NCBI GenBank assembly: GCA_964234715.1
Contig: OZ174282.1
Direction: 5' to 3' (one strand)
From: Podarcis melisellensis
Lineage: Eukaryota
DNA: 64,000 nucleotides
Positions 61,177 to 64,000 of the stretch are shown in pieces. A program made the position numbers and the translations under genes. Position 1 is the stretch's first letter. The number at the start of each line of letters is the position of its first letter. The notes beneath the pieces were generated by a model. That model had not been told where the DNA came from, did not search any database, and saw only the letters and a list, made by a program, of their open reading frames with translations.

Positions 61177-62837
61177 CCCCTGCTCTCCCAGCTCTGTACA
61201 GAAGACCCTGCTGTGCTTAGTTGGGCAGAGCCCACCTTGGATGGACATGGAAAAAATAATTTTATTGTTTATATAAATGTTGCTGCTTCCTGACCTGATT
61301 TTGAGCAGTTGCTTTTGTTTGGCCTCTTCCTTGGTGCAAGGTTGGGGGTGAGGCTGGAGCAAGGTGTGTTTGGGGTGTACCTGGGGGGAGCCCTGTCCTC
61401 CCTCAGCCCATGAATGGGCTGTAAGACATCCTGCTTTCTGCCACCTGCCTCCCTTTTGCCTTATACATGCTCACAGCACGACGTGTGATTTTTTGGGGAA
61501 AGTGGCTCAGCACGTCCCCATTTATTAGCTTAGTATCTGCACAAGTTCTTTTTTTCTTTCTTCTTCTGCGTAAGAAGTCACATGATTAGTCAATCGGCCG
61601 GTCCCTGTCCAAATATTCACTGGAGCCTGGCGCGGCAGGCACCAAGGTGTGTCCTCTGCTGGGCAGGGAGGGGGCCAGCGTGTGTGGCGAAGAATAGGTA
61701 TCCAGCAGCCATGGCGGGACTAGGACAGGTTCCACTTTGTAGCCAGCACTTTGCTTTGTTTCCGGCTCAAGCAGTGAGAGCTGCAAATGGTAATAAGGAT
61801 CATGATTTGGGGTGGGTGGGGGAGGTACAGCAGGAATGGCTTTCTACATCCATGCTGCTTGACTTGACTAACAATCAGTTTGCTCAGGGAATCTCTATGG
61901 GAGACTGAAAATAAGATGGCATCTATTTGAATGCTATTACTTCATTTTAGACTATTGTACACAGCATTGGTCCTCTTAAGAAAGGGCATGTTTGCACCCA
62001 CCATAAATGATTGAAAGGGAGTGGAAATGGCTTCTGTACACCCAAGGACTAAAGTCAATTCTAGACATAATGTTGGATAAAGAGTTTATATAAATACTTT
62101 TCCCTCCCAATATTGGTATGCAACTCCATTAGAGGTCGGTTGGGGAATTGTGGCCTGGTCTGCTACCGGCCCCTGGCTTTAAGCATGTGGCCCTCTGGAT
62201 GATGATAGATTCCATGAGCCCCAGCCACTATTGCCTGGAGTGAGGGGAGCCAGAACTTCACAATAGCCAGAGGGCTACAAGCTCCCCACCCTTGCAGGAA
62301 AGCTGTGGGGCGGGGGGGGGGGGTGGGATTTGCCCAGGGCTCATCTCACTGGCTGCTGGAAAAAGATTGCTGTATAACAGAACCCCATAGTCTGCTATAC
62401 CAGGCAGTTCCTTACAGAGGCTTCACCACACTGTGCTTTTGCAGGCTTTTCAGGGGTTTCTGGTGCTTTGTGTAGGGTGCTATGATGCCCCAGCCTGCAT
62501 GTGTGAGCCGAGAAAATAACTTTTTAAGCCAAGCTTGTGCAAAGCCAAGCTTGTGCAAAGTGCCTTCCTGCCATCAGAAGAATTCTACATTGCCTCAAAA
62601 GATTGGTCCAGGCAAAAGATTGGTCACTGAAGGAGGTTGTGAGTCAGCAAGTCCCCTGAAGGCAGGGAAGCTCCTTGGTGCTGGCATTGTCCAAGGAGAG
62701 GAGTGGGGGAGAACAGAAGCACTTACTCATCTGCTGGGAACGTAGGCCAAGGCTGTGGTAGTACAGCACCTGGGTCCAAATCACTGCTGTGGAAAGCCTG
62801 CAACGAGAAAGAGGAGACTTTGTGTGTGTGTTATTTC

Positions 62838-63620
62838 CCTTAAGATTTCATTAAGGCTTTTTTTTGTAATACAATACAATACAAAATGAATAGAAACGAA
62901 AAGAGAAAGAATAATCCCAATAATGTCTCAGAGTAGAGGACAACAAGGAAACAAAAGGAAAAAAGAGGAAGGAATATAAAAGGAAAAGAGATGTGAAAGG
63001 GACTTCCGATTTTCTTTCTCTGCCAACTCAGGATGTCCATGGCTTCATTCCATTCCTTCAACATCATAACTCGTGCCATTTGGGTGTTTCATTCCTCTAG
63101 ACACTGGTGCGAAGGACTTCTCCATTTCATTATCTGCTACCTCCAACTCTACCATTTCACTCTCCTGTTCTGGAAATCCTTTTTTGATATTGTTCTCCAA
63201 AGTTTCTGCTCTCTTTAATACCATTTTCCATTTCATCCTTCTCTGGTCCATTTTCATTCACCATTTCATCAATCTCAGCTCTGATCTCTCTTAACTGCTC
63301 ATGCAATATTTGCTGTAAGATGCCAACAGTCAATGGAGTGTCCAACAATGTATTTGCCATACTGAGTGTTCTTAATCTTATTAACAGTTCAATACGCATC
63401 TTAAAAACTTAAGACCTTAAGGTCTTCACAGCATTCCTTATCAAACCACATACTTTCAGTTTGAAGTCAACACTTTTGTCAAAAAAACAGAATTAAAAAT
63501 AAAAGATTTCTAACAATCCGAACACCCTTGATTGTTAAATGATAAACTCTTCTTAAGAAGGTAGCTCACACACCAGAGTAAATTTCAACTGGCAGACAGA
63601 GAACCTCTCAGTTGTAATTT
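62838..63620 (-). mobile_element. Possible non-autonomous LINE derivative with a broken coiled-coil (ORF1-like) frame
   Basis: Two overlapping E/K/M-rich ORFs (63157-63399 and 63045-63257), followed by a T-rich 3' UTR-like tract and an A-run on the minus strand. Confidence 0.4.
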
Positions 63621-64000
63621 ATAGCAGTCTTGAAGGTCATTAGAGAAAGGGAGGCTTTGCTGACCTTATGCCCTGAGGGCTGTTACGTGGTTTGGGGGCA
63701 GGATGAAAATTCTTCTCTAAGTCACTCACCTCCATCTGGGTTCTCAGCTGCTCAGTCTCCAGACATGGAAAGCAGCTTTTCTTATTCACACTATTTTCCC
63801 AAAATAAATTCAGTAGCTAAGATTTATGGCTTTGGCTATCATGAATCACTATGTAATCATCTCTGTTGGTGAACCATCCGCCGTTCCTCCAGCAGTCCGA
63901 GGATCTGTGTTTTCAAGGAGTGGATTTGCCCAACACACAGGCTCTGTGGTCACTACCAGGCACTCCTTGTGGGTTGGATGCTGGAAGCCTACTTCTCTGC

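Noticed and set aside
62527-62560. Short perfect tandem duplications (17 bp here, 21 bp at about 34293-34330)
   Set aside because: Ordinary slippage duplications with two copies and no spacers; not CRISPR-like.

Overview
Gene-dense vertebrate genomic DNA, most likely a lacertid lizard judging from the Sauria/Squam-type SINEs (inference). Eight spliced protein-coding genes were reconstructed exon by exon with GT-AG boundaries and intact frames. In order: VPS4A (+), PDF (-), COG8 (-), NIP7 (+), TMED6 (-), TERF2 (-), DHODH (+), DHX38/PRP16 (+). Interspersed are L1/Tx1-type LINE fragments, Tc1/mariner-type MITEs, tRNA-derived SINEs and microsatellites. There are no prokaryotic-type systems or CRISPR arrays. 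Main oddities: (1) a tandem duplication gives one DHX38 intron three near-identical 3' splice sites, two of which lead straight to stop codons; (2) TERF2 exons 2 and 3 appear fused, with a 12-nt loss at the junction; (3) PDF seems to have its own promoter and a non-coding leader exon separate from COG8; (4) uORFs overlap the VPS4A and PDF start codons; (5) TERF2 and DHODH are head-to-head, and there is no HP or TXNL4B between DHODH and DHX38. Comparisons with human are from memory and need database confirmation.
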